Shown one piece after another: positions 49,649 to 61,300 of a stretch of DNA of 64,000 nucleotides. A program made the position numbers and the translations under genes. Origin of the DNA: Dipteris shenzhenensis (lineage: Eukaryota); assembly GCA_047967505.1 (NCBI GenBank), contig CM106538.1; one strand, 5' to 3'. Below the pieces are notes generated by a model. That model searched no databases. It worked only from the letters and a program-made list of their open reading frames with translations, and was not told where the DNA came from. Numbering within the stretch: position 1 is the stretch's first letter; the number at the start of each line of letters is the position of its first letter.

Positions 49649-50580
49649 TGGGTTCTCCCCTTAGTCTCTGCAATCTTTTTGCCTAAAATAGAAAAAATAC
49701 ATACTGTATGGAAATGCATAGACTCAAACCAAGACAAAGAAATCACTGTAGGAAAGCAGATCTTCAAGTGTGATATTTGCATGTGATCTTCTTGCATAAC
49801 CTCCATTCATACTGTATTTGGTTGGAGAAACATAGAAATCACTGTAGGAGTGCACCAGCATGTCATTTAGAAAATTTGCAGCAAAATGCGATGTGGACCT
49901 GTTTGAAATTCCAAACTGCTCATATCGCATTTTATTGCAAATTTCTCTATTTGGCTTCTTCCACCCCTGTGATTGCCTTTTCTTTGTGAGAACATGTTCT
50001 GGTTTTTTGACTTCCATAGCTGTAGTCTTCTTGCATAAACTCCATTCATACTGTATTTGGCTGGAGAGACAAAGAAATCACTGTAGAAGTTCACCAGCAT
50101 GTCATTTCAGAAATTTGCAGCAAAATGCGATGTGGACCTGTTTGAAATTCCAAACTGCTCATATCGCATTTTATTGCAAATTTGTCTATTTGGCTTCTTC
50201 CACCTCTGTGATTGCCTTTTCTTAATGAGAACATGTCTGGTTTTGTGACTCCCCTTAGTCTCTGCAATCTTCTTGCCTAAAATAGAAAAATTACATCCTG
50301 TATGGAAATGCATAGGCTCAAACCAAGACAGAGAAATCACTGAAGGAATGCAGATCTTCAAGTGTGATATTTGCATGTGATCTTCTTGCATGACCTCCAT
50401 TCATACTGTATTTGGTTGGAGAAACATAGAAATCACTGTAGGAGTGCACCAGCATTTCATTTAAAAAATTTGCAGCAAAATGCGATGTGGACCTGTTTGA
50501 AATTCCAAACTGCTCATATCGCATTTTATTGCAAATTTCTCTATTTGGCTTCTACCACCCCTGTGATTTCCTTTTCTTTG
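49649..50580. repeat. Second repeat array with the same hairpin core (3 cores)
   Basis: AAATTTGCAGCAAAATGCGA...TCGCATTTTATTGCAAATTT at 49872, 50111 and 50466; ~49650-49990 is repeated at ~50250-50580. Confidence 0.9.
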
Positions 50581-50643
50581 TTAGAACATGTTCTTCATGT
50601 CTTTGATCTCTTTCCAATCCTTTGTATGCAGTTTTTCAGAGTG

Positions 50644-52744
50644 ATGGCAAGAACCAAATCAACTGCAAGGCAAGTTGGCAAAGGACCAAGTCTTGCAGCA
50701 ACAGCAGCTGGGACAGGTTCCAAGAAGTTTAGTGTGCCTCCAAAGGGAAGAGCTTCACATGGCAGGAAGGGTAAGCCAATGAGCTTGCTCAAGCAAAAGG
50801 CCAAAAGATTGAATAAGGGTGCAGGTGTGCTTAGGGAAATAAGGAGGCAACAGAAAGCCATAGGTTTTGCAATACCCAAAGCACCCTTTCAAAGACTGGT
50901 GAGAGAAATTTGTGACAGTTGGAACCTTGGGTTCAGGTGGAATAGAACTGCCATTCTTTCCTTGCAGGAAATGGCAGAGGATTACCTGGAGAAATATTTT
51001 GAGGATGCAATGCTTGTAGCAGCCCATGCTCACAGGGTGACTTTGATGGCCAAAGATTTCAACACTTTGTCCAGAGTGAGATGGAGATATGACAAGCTGG
51101 TTCATCCTGTGGAATGGCAGGACATCAAAATGAGAGATATATTGCTAATTCCACCTACAAGGAAGGTCAAGGTTGATGAGGTAAAGGTTGTTGAGGTAAC
51201 ACACTCAAAGAACACCAGAGGGAAGGCTGCTTATGAGGACTCACTGAAGCAGCAAGTAAAAGAAACAAAATCTGTGATAGATGTGGAAACTGGAAAGAAG
51301 GAGCTACACATACATAGAAGGTTGAAGGAGCTGGGCCCTGATGTAGTTGTACATATTGAGGATGAAGTTTCAGTCAATGATTTTGATTTGACAAAACAAT
51401 GCTTAGCAGCATTGGCTAACAAGAATGAGTATTGCTCAGATACTATCATTCTTGCAATGCTCTAGTAAGTGTCTTTAAATTTTACATTTTTTGCAAATCA
51501 ATCCTCCTTGTAACTCTTTTATAACCTACCCTAATTATGTTCTGATCCTATGCAGCATGATGAGAAGCTGGCTTCATCCCTCTGTACAACATACAGTCCA
51601 TATTGTTGATCCAGCCATTTCTTCTAGATTAAGAGATGCAAAAGAGACTCCCATGAGTATTTCCAGCTGGTTCAAACACTGCAATTTTGAAGTAATTGAC
51701 ATTTTGCTACTTCCATATCATAGCAAGTATGTGGGTGACTACTTCTTTTAAGATTCTTCTTTAATATTGGGAACTCTTGTAGCCTTTCATTTGCTTATGC
51801 TTTTTTCCTTATGCAGTGACCACTGGAGTTTTGTGTCTATTGACATCCAGCAGAAGCAGTGCTTTCTATTCAACTCTCTAAAAAACACACACAGAGAGCT
51901 GAAATTGTAAGTACTGTGTGTGCTTTCTGAACTCAAAACTTCATTATTTTGATACCATACTAACTAAATTATACATATTGCAGTTGTATTAGAAGGCTAT
52001 TAGATGCATTGGATCATTGTCCTCCAAATGTCTCTCTGTTGGATTCAATAGAGCCATTAAGTCTAGAGGTAAAAAGTCTATTAAATGCTATGTCTTTGAA
52101 CTTATTGAATAATTTTGTTTTGTGCTGATGCTCACAGTTTCTAACATTTTTTTATAACTGTACAGACACCACAACAAAATGATTCAAGTAGTTGTGGATG
52201 GAGGGTGCTGATCAATGCAAAATATATACTTTCAAGCTACTTTGAAAAGGAACAGCCAGATCTGGTAAGGAAAAATACTTTTCATTTAGCTTGAATATAA
52301 TTCATAATGATACAAAGTGTTCTAAATTATCCTCTGCCATTGCAGATGAAAGAGGATAGCTTCAGCCCCAACTATGTACATAATTTTAGAGCTCATACAA
52401 TTTTGAGGTTTTTGAGCTATGCCTCCCCCAAACCTATTGTAGCAGCTACTGTGGAGCTGGGTGAAAGCTCTAAAGTACAAGAAGGTGTCATACACCTTGA
52501 TCCCACATATGAAGCACCTGATGTTGAGGACCAGAAGCCACAGGAGCAATCACAGAGTGCTGAGGAGGAGCAGACACAGGAGCAAAGACCTGCTGCTGAT
52601 GTTGAGGAGAAGGTGGAGAAGCAGCAAAGAGAGGCTTCTGGGGCAGTGGAGGAGACAGGATGGAGCACGGACAGGATGGAGCAGCAGAGAGAAGATCCTC
52701 CAGAAAATGTAGAGCAGCCTCTGGATGAAACTGTACATAAATAG
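50644..52744 (+). CDS. Histone H3-like / Ulp1-SENP (peptidase C48)-like fusion protein; exons 50644-51464, 51556-51726, 51817-51906, 51984-52068, 52166-52264, 52346-52744; ~554 aa
   Basis: MARTKSTAR tail and H3 fold (LREIRRQQK, PFQRLVREI, HAHRVTL), then LLLPYHSNDHWSFVSID...FNSL and TPQQNDSSSCG. All introns are GT-AG and the frame is open. Confidence 0.88.
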
Positions 52745-52828
52745 AAAATGGATGTTAGAAATATGTTCTACAGATTCAGCTAAACAATTCTGTACAAAAT
52801 CTTACTTGATTGAATACAAAACCTTTCT

Positions 52829-54268
52829 TTATGGAGTATGTGTGATCTCAATTTTAAAATTTTCTATGTCTTTGCATTTAACTGAGCTCTCTCTTCTTCT
52901 GAGTAACTGCAAAAAAGCAATATGAATTAGAGTGGTAAATTAAACTAATAGCAATGCTTATAGAGACTAGGATAAATCAGATGGTGTACCTTTCTGTTCT
53001 TGTAGATAAATAAAAAGTCGTTTGAGATAGAACCTTCAGTCTCAAACAGAATGTCACTGCGTAATTGAGCTAGGGAGCAACATTCTCTTAACGAGATACT
53101 GGCTACCACATCACCATTCTCAAGAACATCAATATCAATAAGTTTATTTTGTGCACCAAACAACTCTTCATCTTGGTCCATTGGGACAAGCTTTGAACCT
53201 AGCATTCGACTGCGCTTGTAATAAAAAGAGAGAATAAAATTTTGTGATGCAACCATGTACTTCAGTTGCATAGAAGGTTGGACCACCTCACAAAACACTG
53301 AACTACATGTCTTCTTATCCCAACCTTTATCCAAAAATTGTGGCATGCATGCCGAATTTGTTGCTTTAACTGTGAGCATTGTTTTTGAAACCTTTACTGG
53401 AAAGGTATTAAACAAGTCTACAAAAACTGTGAGAGGCATGCACAAAGAAATTTTTACTATCCTAGTGGCAATATTGGGCCTCAGAGCTTTCTGTACTTCT
53501 GTAAAAAGCTTCGCCCTATATGCCTCTGTAACACTAGAATGTGGGTGAGGCCAATCCACCGAATTCCACGCCGGAAGGTCTTGTTTTATTAATACACCAT
53601 GTGTGTTAGCTTTGTCCAGCAACTGATAAAAATGATCAGTAAAAAATATACCCGATTGAGCTAGCTTTGTTGCACATCGACCTTGGTATTGTTGTTCTCC
53701 TATCGATCCATGCAGAACATCTATAAATCCCAGAATACAATCGATGTTTTGCCATGTCTCATACGATGAAGGATATAAATCTGAAATAAAACAACACAAG
53801 AATGTCAATAAGTTAAGAGAGAAAGCTTCATCTTAAAAATCCATACACCTCATGAAGGAAAAAACCACAATAGAAAAATATACAATTAGGCCTGTGTTGC
53901 GGAAGATTTTTTGGATAGTCTCGCAAGACAAGTTCTTTATGCATGTACACGTGCTGAATCAAAACTTCTTTCACGGATATCTTCCCTTTGGTGATTTTAA
54001 AATCTCGTACTCTTCCCTTCCACGATGCCAAGAAAATGTTTTTTGTCTGGGGTCTTTTTCTTTTGCTAGGTTGCATGAGCACCCATGCTCCTTTCGAAAC
54101 ACTAAACCTTTCCCAAGTTCCTTCTGTTTTGACTGTACTTGAATTCTCTACCGACGAAATAGAAGAAGCAGGTCGACGGGGTAAGGATGTTTGGTATAAT
54201 TCTGCCTTCGTAGCATTATCATCCACAGAGCGTCTTGCACAAGAACGGCCGTGGTTTTGGTTCACCAT
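52829..54268 (-). CDS. BAH-like plus C-terminal ubiquitin-like protein; exons 54268-53884, 53780-52990, 52906-52829; ~417 aa
   Basis: The spliced frame is open. KGAWVLMQP..WKGRVRDF..IQHVYMHKEL..PNYLYPS..IDCILGFIDV resembles the BAH pattern, and the C-terminus SLAQLRSDI..FLFIYKNRKL resembles a beta-grasp fold. Domain calls are tentative. Confidence 0.7.
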
Positions 54269-54727
54269 GGAGATTTTCTGAATCTGTAAGAATAGCAAAG
54301 TAATGTAACTAAGATAACAATTTGAAGTTTCAAGAAAGAGAAAGTGGGCAAACAGACAGTTGACGAGAAACATCTTACTCTACGCCAAACAGGATCAAGG
54401 GAGCAGTTTTGGAAAAGGAAGGCAGTTGCACAATGAGGCAATGGTGTAGAATGGTAGACCTTTCGCACGAAAGGCGGCACAATATTTAAAAATTCAAAGG
54501 AAGGTGGAAGCGGGAAGGATCTTGTCAGATAAAATGTCAGTTTAGATTCTATCTTCTTGTCCAAAGATCTTCTACGAATAAAAAACCAATCTCCTCATTA
54601 ATGTAGCACGCTTGTACTTACATAAAGTATTGTTTCTTTTTTCTATTTTCTCTTATTTTCGTGAATTTTCAACGTTACGTTGGCCTTCTATTGATTGGTT
54701 GAGAGCTTATTTTTCCAAACCGTAAAA

Positions 54728-54759
54728 GGCCCCAAAATGAGCTCCCTTTTTTCCTAATG
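54728..54759 (-). repeat. Right TIR of element B
   Basis: GGCCCCAAAATGAGCTCCCTTTTTTCCTAATG, the reverse complement of the left TIR with 2 mismatches. Confidence 0.9.
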
Positions 54760-56374
54760 CTAGGCTATGGTGCTCGAACATTCCCATATAGTGTCCTAGT
54801 GCTAAATCCACACCGATGATGTCACCTCGACCCCCTTTACGTGTCGCAAACTGATCAACTTCGATGACGTCTTGAAAATTGAGATAACATCAATAATCTT
54901 CTCAATGCCAAACTAAGAACATAAATTCATTCATATTGACAAAATATCATGAGCTTACAATGTGGGCAGCATCTTGTTCATCCATTCCCGACCGAGTTAT
55001 ATCGATGGAGCTTTTGCTCTCATCAATTGCTGGAGGTGGTGCCGATGATGAGGCCTCTGCAGTATTCTCAAGTCTTTGGCGTTTCTCGTTTCTGTGCCCT
55101 CTCTGGCTCCAATCTTTCTTGGACCTCACAGAACTCCGTCTCTGTAACTGGTGCATTAGTAGAGTCATGCATTTCCTCCCACACAGTTAAGATCGGATGC
55201 TCCAAAGTGTTTGCAGGTGCCAAATTTGTGCACCTATCCAACCCCTCTTCTAGGTAACCTAAGTTACTACTACTCTCCCAAGTGGAGAGTGCCCCGAGTA
55301 CTTCATCTTCTCTCAAATTTTTAATATATTGAATGTCAATCAATAATAAATATTCTCTGTTTTCAATCAAAATATACGGAAGGGTTTGCATCAAAACCTC
55401 ATCCGTCATACCTTCTTCCTCCTATTTTTGCTCTCCTTCCTCCTCTTCCTCTTCTAGCTGTCGTGTGGGGGATGATGTCCCACCTCCTTCGGGAACCACA
55501 ACCAACTTTGTCGTCTGCTCTATTTCTGCTATGTGCTTTCCCTTGTCCAAAGTTGCACTAGACCAATCTAGAGCAATGGCGGCTTCCGCAACCACATCAG
55601 GATTCTCCTCAACGTCCACATCTTGCCCTGCTGCTAGAAGAAGAGGTGGCTTTACATTGATGAATGGAGGTGCATCTGTGTCCTCCATTTCCAAAAGAAT
55701 TACACAATAGGCTATTTCCAAGGATACAAAACGAGTTCCTATAGGACCCGCTTGCAGATCCAACTCTTCATCCTTGGAAATCCTTCTAAAACTTTTTGGA
55801 CTAAGGGATTTGCAAATTCTTTGCAATCTAAACTTGAAAGTGCTATCAACCCGGCAACAGTTAATGAAGAGATTCACAGGAACCCACTGTACTCTATCTA
55901 TGTCTAGCCGGATTAGGTAAGGCTTGATTTTCTCTCTCACGTAATCTACCACATCTCTAAAGAGATCTAGATGCTTGTGGACTGTGCCGATGACATCTAT
56001 TTGACGATGAAAAATGTCATACAACTCTGCCTCTCTACTTGAATGACGAGTAGAAGTGACGAAGTCATGGTATGCCTCGTGGGGTGTGGCCATTGGAGGT
56101 TTGTGGAAGATGGCAATAGCAGGCTGTCTAGGAGATGAGGACAATAAAGGCTATGTCAATCCTAACGGCCCTTTATATAGTTGACTTCAGTCTCTTTAAA
56201 TACCTTAAAGGTCCAACTACAATTTAGATAATAAAATATTGGACAATGTAATATATTGGCCTAAATAATTTGCCATCATATTCCACTCCTACCTCCCCCC
56301 GCCACCCAAAATAATGGTTTTTTTTTTGGAATTTAGGAGGCCCTATGTTAGTACAAATGACATCACACTTAACA

Positions 56375-56592
56375 AAAACTATTACATTTAGTCAAAAACT
56401 ATTACATTTAGTCAAAAACTATTACAACACAATTTCAAAAGTTTTACATTTATTCAAGTGCTATTACAACACACTTCAAAAACTATATCATATTTTCAAA
56501 ACTATTACAACACACATCAAAAACTACTAATTTTATTAAGTATACTCATTGCCAGTACAAATGACATCACACTTCAAAAACTATTACATTTA
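56375..56592 (+). repeat. Short dispersed-tandem motif AAAACTATTACA
   Basis: The motif recurs about 8 times at ~20-30-bp spacing between two genes of element A. Confidence 0.7.
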
Positions 56593-57521
56593 TTCAATAC
56601 CCGTATGAATGGACAAGTTATAAGGAGGCTTCCATTTCTCAAGCATTAATGTTCCTTCGAGTTGCCTTCTCACTATCTTCCCATTTAGTGTAAAGAAAAA
56701 ATCACTATCATCAAAGGTGATAGCGATATATTCTCGAACATGCTTCAAGCTCCAACTACCTATGACCTCAAGATATTGGATATCCCCATTGGGCATATGT
56801 ACCTCTACCTCTGTGGTGTCCACTACATCACAATCCATAGGTATCCATGTGCCATGATTATTTTTCCAACGTCTGTAAGTGTATCTCATGTAGTAAATAC
56901 TTCGCACTACTTGATATCTTATTACTATACTTTCTTGAGTAAGTATACATCGAAAATGGTCTCCCTTCTGCAAACCTTCCCTAACATCCCACATTGGGTA
57001 TAGAAGATTATCAAGAAATTCATTTTCTAGGCCTTTGCATACCCACATGGTCTTTGTCTTGTGAATGAAGACTGATTTGAAAAAATAAATAAATGTAATG
57101 GAGGGCATGAACCAACTAACACCCACATATTTTGAACCGAAAGTAAACTTCATTGATGATTGAATATTTGATCTCATGTTCATTCTAAATGCATCTATAG
57201 AGAATGGATCAGGAAGAGGCCATTCTAGACTATCAAAGTTAGGGAGAGGAATAGGACATAGGCTTCCATATGCACCTTCTCTTCGAGGAACTTGGTAACA
57301 TAAATTATAGAAAAAAATACTAGACTTTGTCAAGGAGGCAGCACTCCGTCCTGAGAACATTAATTCCCCAATATTTGAATGGAAAGCTTGAAATATTCCC
57401 GTGAGACTATCCAGAGGCTAGGTTTCAACTTTGGTGCAGGGAAAGATATCTACATAGAAAGCAAAGAAAGATGTTAATGGGCCAATCAATCTCTCTCACT
57501 CTCTACCTATCTCTCTCTCTC

Positions 57522-57556
<35 letters not shown>

Positions 57557-58370
57557 ACTCACAAATCTCTCCCCTCTACTATCTCCCCCTAACACCCCTC
57601 ACCCACCCCATCTCTCTCTCTCTCCCTCCCCCCCTCCCCCTCTAGTATCACCACAAGACACCCTCTCTCAAAACGCATGCTCACATACAATCATTAGAAT
57701 ACACAATTGAACTGAAAATGAAAAAAAGTTAATGTAAAAGAGAGATACAATTTGAAGGAAAGCAAGTTTGACTGGCAGGATCCAAGTTCATGTCTCGAGC
57801 CATGTACACATGCTGAACCTTCACCCAACAATGCGACCCTCTCAATGCTTCTCTTTTTCTTTGCTCTATCCTTTCTAGAAAGCTTGAATGGACCTATTGC
57901 AGATGGTTGCATTGTGACCCATGACATTAACCTAAACTCTTGAGGGATCCAAATATCACTGTTGTCCTTCAAAATGCGACCCACACAAGATTGAATCGAT
58001 AGCTTTGGCCTAGGGAAAGGGGAGTGCTTCACGGTGGAAAGCCACTAGCGCCCCTTCCTAGGTTGAAATTCCAATGTTAAAGCTCTAGAAGTTTTGTTGA
58101 CATTGATGTCTTCAATCTACCCACTGTCAGAATTTAAAAGCATCATGAGAGCTGATCTTTTAAGGAAGAACTCATCGGCTGACCTTGGCAACTTCAACAA
58201 TGTGTGTCAAACTTTGCATGTCAGTACTTCTTATCCTATACCCATGTCCTTGAACGTGATTGGTCTGTTGCACTGCACCATTATGACACTCTTAGCAAAG
58301 CCTTTGAAGCTTCGTGGAAGCATGCTGAGTGGGAGCATAGCCATGGTGTTAGCATACACCTTCTAGCAAG
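56590..58370 (-). pseudogene. BAH-Ubl paralogue of element A
   Basis: WVTMQPS, VQHVYM, NYIFP (same intron position as in B), SSIFF, LPNFDSLEWP and SWSLKHVREYI..FFFTLNGK align with the B gene. Contains stops and a frameshift. Confidence 0.75.
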
Positions 58371-61300
58371 CAGATTAAGACATGGTTAAGGTCGCACGAA
58401 TAGGGCATGGGTCGGCCAGACATGGCTAGGAAGTGGGAAGGGGGGGGGGGGGGGGGGCACATTCTCTTAGAGCAAGGTCCCATGGACCGGCTATCTCCAC
58501 CCTGAGTGACGTAGACCAGAAGGAGTAGTCCCTATGGTCATCCTGGAGTTGCTACTGCAGAGGAGTTAGAGAGCTTGCCAAAGAGGTCGTAGCGTGTGGC
58601 AGAGGTAGCTGAAATAGGCTACAAATTCCAAAAATGGAAGCAAGAGCAGTTAGGAATCGGCCCAGAACTTCCGAAACTCCAAGAGTGGGAGTTTCCAGAT
58701 GCCAGGGGGTGCCCTAGGGCACCTTCTAAATTCACTCAGTTCATCCGACTACCGGAGATTGGCACTTACGTCAATTGATGCGGTTGGTGGAGATACCCGA
58801 TCCATGGGGCCTTGCTCTTAATGGAGTTCACCCTTCACCATGTCAAGCATGGCTAAATTTCCTTGGTCCTCTTGTAGTGGATTCTCCTTCTTCTTCTTGC
58901 TTTTCTTCTTCTCACCATGTGAGTGCAGTGTCATCCATCAATCTTTCACTGTGGATGTCACAAATGTCCCTCGAGTTGAAAAATAAAGGGTATTGACTTG
59001 TTTGATGCCACCACAAAAGCAAACGGCCTGCCTAACCCATGCAAACGGGCTGCGTAGTCAGAGTATAGTAGGATCTCCGATTTGCTGCCACGCGTTATTC
59101 TTCTTGCAAAATGAAGTGAATTCTTCTGTACTTACAGGGAATTCCCACGCTTCTTGTTTCGTTGCCCTATTTCTACGAATTGGCAAAGAATAGTAACCCT
59201 CCCGAAGAATCGCCTTCTTGATCGGTTAGCATCGGAGAAGAGGGCAACGTCAAGTGTGAAGATAGCAGGAAGACTTTTTCAAGGAGAATCGAGCCAATGT
59301 GCTCCTTTGAATTAGCTTGCAATCAGCCTAAAACATAGGAAACCAGCTCACGCTCGCACGTTCCCACGATCGTCTCTCTTAACGCTCACCCTCTTTCTCC
59401 GTCGTGGCGTGAGAATGTCCTCGTAACCGGAGGGAATCGTGTGCACGTAACTCTGATAACGACTCAAACATGTGCTAGGCAGAGGGATAATCTCCCCACA
59501 CACGTGTGCCCCATCTATCTCGGTTCTCCTCAAGGCCGTAATCGAGAGATCCGGACTCGTGCGGTCTCTTCACCGGAAATACTCGACCCCATGCAACCCG
59601 CCAACATCCGGGAGATGTCCAGCCATCCTGGGCCCCCGGAAACTACCACTCCGAGAGTTCCTGACTATTCTTGGCTATGCATTCATGAATTCCCACCGGT
59701 TCTTCTCTGCCATCACCAGTCAGATTGCGCCACAGACATCCTCACGCCCTGCAGCGGATTGAGCTGGCTCTTTCATGGGGCCTCAACCAAAAACAAAGGA
59801 GCTCAAAAATGAAATTTCCGTCCTCGGTTATTTCCACTCAGGATCCCCTGCTTCTCCGTTGCATGGGTATTCCCTAGGATCCTCCGTGGTCACAGCACTG
59901 GTCTCCGGTATCATTCCAGGCCCACACTCTCTCTTTTCTTACGTGTACTTGATTCTGCTTGTGCACGAGTTGCATTCTATTGCACTTCAGATCTTTCTGA
60001 GACCATCTCCATCTCTCCTAGAGTAGACTTTGTTGAACAACGTATCCCCGACTCGTGGTTTAAAAAATACGAAATAGTACAAAAACTAAAAATCCTCAAG
60101 ATGTCAAAAATTCAAACAGATAAATTCGCAAGGTTGATATTCAAGATTTTAGTAACACAGAAAGTGAGACTCCTTTAAACTGAAAACCAACCCCGTCAAT
60201 CACTGCACAGAAATCTTCTAGCGATGGAAGTTCGACACGAGGTAGCGATGGTAAGTCCCATACTTGCTTTTAGTTTCAGATAAAAATGTCAAGTTTAGGC
60301 TAAGAAACTGTCCCTTGGATCAAACCAACAGATCCCATTTCCATGGAGAACAGCTAATTGAAACAACAGGACACTTATGTACAATAGGGTACGATGAGTA
60401 CACTAGGTTGAGGCAAAGCCACGCATCCAAGGCCAAATTGAAGATATGCGCAATCTCTCTATAGAACAATTTTCAGAATGTCCTACAGTTGTGGGCAAAT
60501 CTACTATACGTATAGGATCGCATCCAATCTAGCAAAACCTAGTTTGGCATCCATCCAACACCATTTACAACCTAAAACTAGCAGAAACTCTCTGATGAAA
60601 GCCAGTGTTAACGTGGCCAATATGATGCATGCGGCACAACTAGCTAGACAACAGCCAAGGTTTTTCCCCATAGCCCATCACATTTTCGCAAATTGACGTA
60701 AAAACAAAGCAAAGATAGGCCATATCACCAATAAGGTAGAAAGATGCAAAAGTCATTGCCTGCCCATTCTTGAAAGGCACTTTGCCAGGCCAAAATATGG
60801 CAGAGCACCGTCAACCTCAGAAGACAGTAAACAACAAAACACTGATACTTACCTAGGTTGCTTCAGAAAGATGATTATTGGATTGCCGTGGGCACATTAC
60901 AGACCAGCCTTTCCCTCACATCAACATAACATAGTATACCTTTGTAAGACTAGAATATATCCAATCATACAAATAAGGAGTTTTCGTCGTTCTTAAAAAG
61001 GTTTTAGACTCTTTGTGGAAGCGTAGAAAATGGTTAGAACATGGCTCAATTTGAATAGGTTTGCCTTTGATAGTCGTGAAGATTTGGTGTGAATGTCCTA
61101 ATTTGGATACACTGTTAGGTGTCCATGTAGGAAATGATGTTTTCTCGAGACTTGTGCTTCACGTTAACTCTCCTGCTGACTCCCACAAACTTTGCACTTA
61201 AACAAAAGAAAACAGAAAATGCCAGTTCTGGCCGTTGTGTAGGAAATATTAGATCAAGAGTATTTTGCTCTTGCAGATGTACACTGCAGTATCTTTAGAT

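Larger units (their letters stand above)
43015..54759 (+). mobile_element. Element B: 11.7-kb TIR DNA transposon with four apparently intact genes
   Basis: 32-bp TIRs (30/32 match), a DDE transposase, and an insertion that splits a coding sequence which rejoins in frame. Confidence 0.9.
42782..56093 (-). pseudogene. Gene X paralogue of element A, split by element B (5' part 54760-56093, 3' part 42782-43014)
   Basis: QTLPYILIENREYLLLIDIQYIKNLREDEV aligns with PMLPGVLIGGKDYVFLHDIECMFDLREDYA of X-B, and KCILVRRDLALSTFGE aligns with KIILIERLSAIDIFGD. Contains an in-frame stop and a frameshift. Confidence 0.75.
27529..58400 (+). mobile_element. Element A: decayed large DNA transposon (RAG1/Transib-like transposase, H3-like gene, gene X, BAH-Ubl gene); termini not found
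   Basis: Four genes, each homologous to a gene of element B. It is interrupted by the gypsy element (28496-37483) and by element B (43015-54759). Confidence 0.7.

Noticed and set aside
48438-50580. Palindromic repeats resembling a CRISPR array
   Set aside because: Intervening sequences are repeated rather than unique, units are 200+ bp, there are no cas genes, and the context is eukaryotic.
50371-50643. N-terminal extension of the 364-aa ORF
   Set aside because: It starts at a non-ATG codon within the repeat array; the H3-like start MARTK is at 50644.
58438-60050. GC-richer segment after a poly-G run, possibly a retroelement 5' region or the right end of element A
   Set aside because: No recognisable protein motif, TIR, LTR pair or PBS was found by eye.
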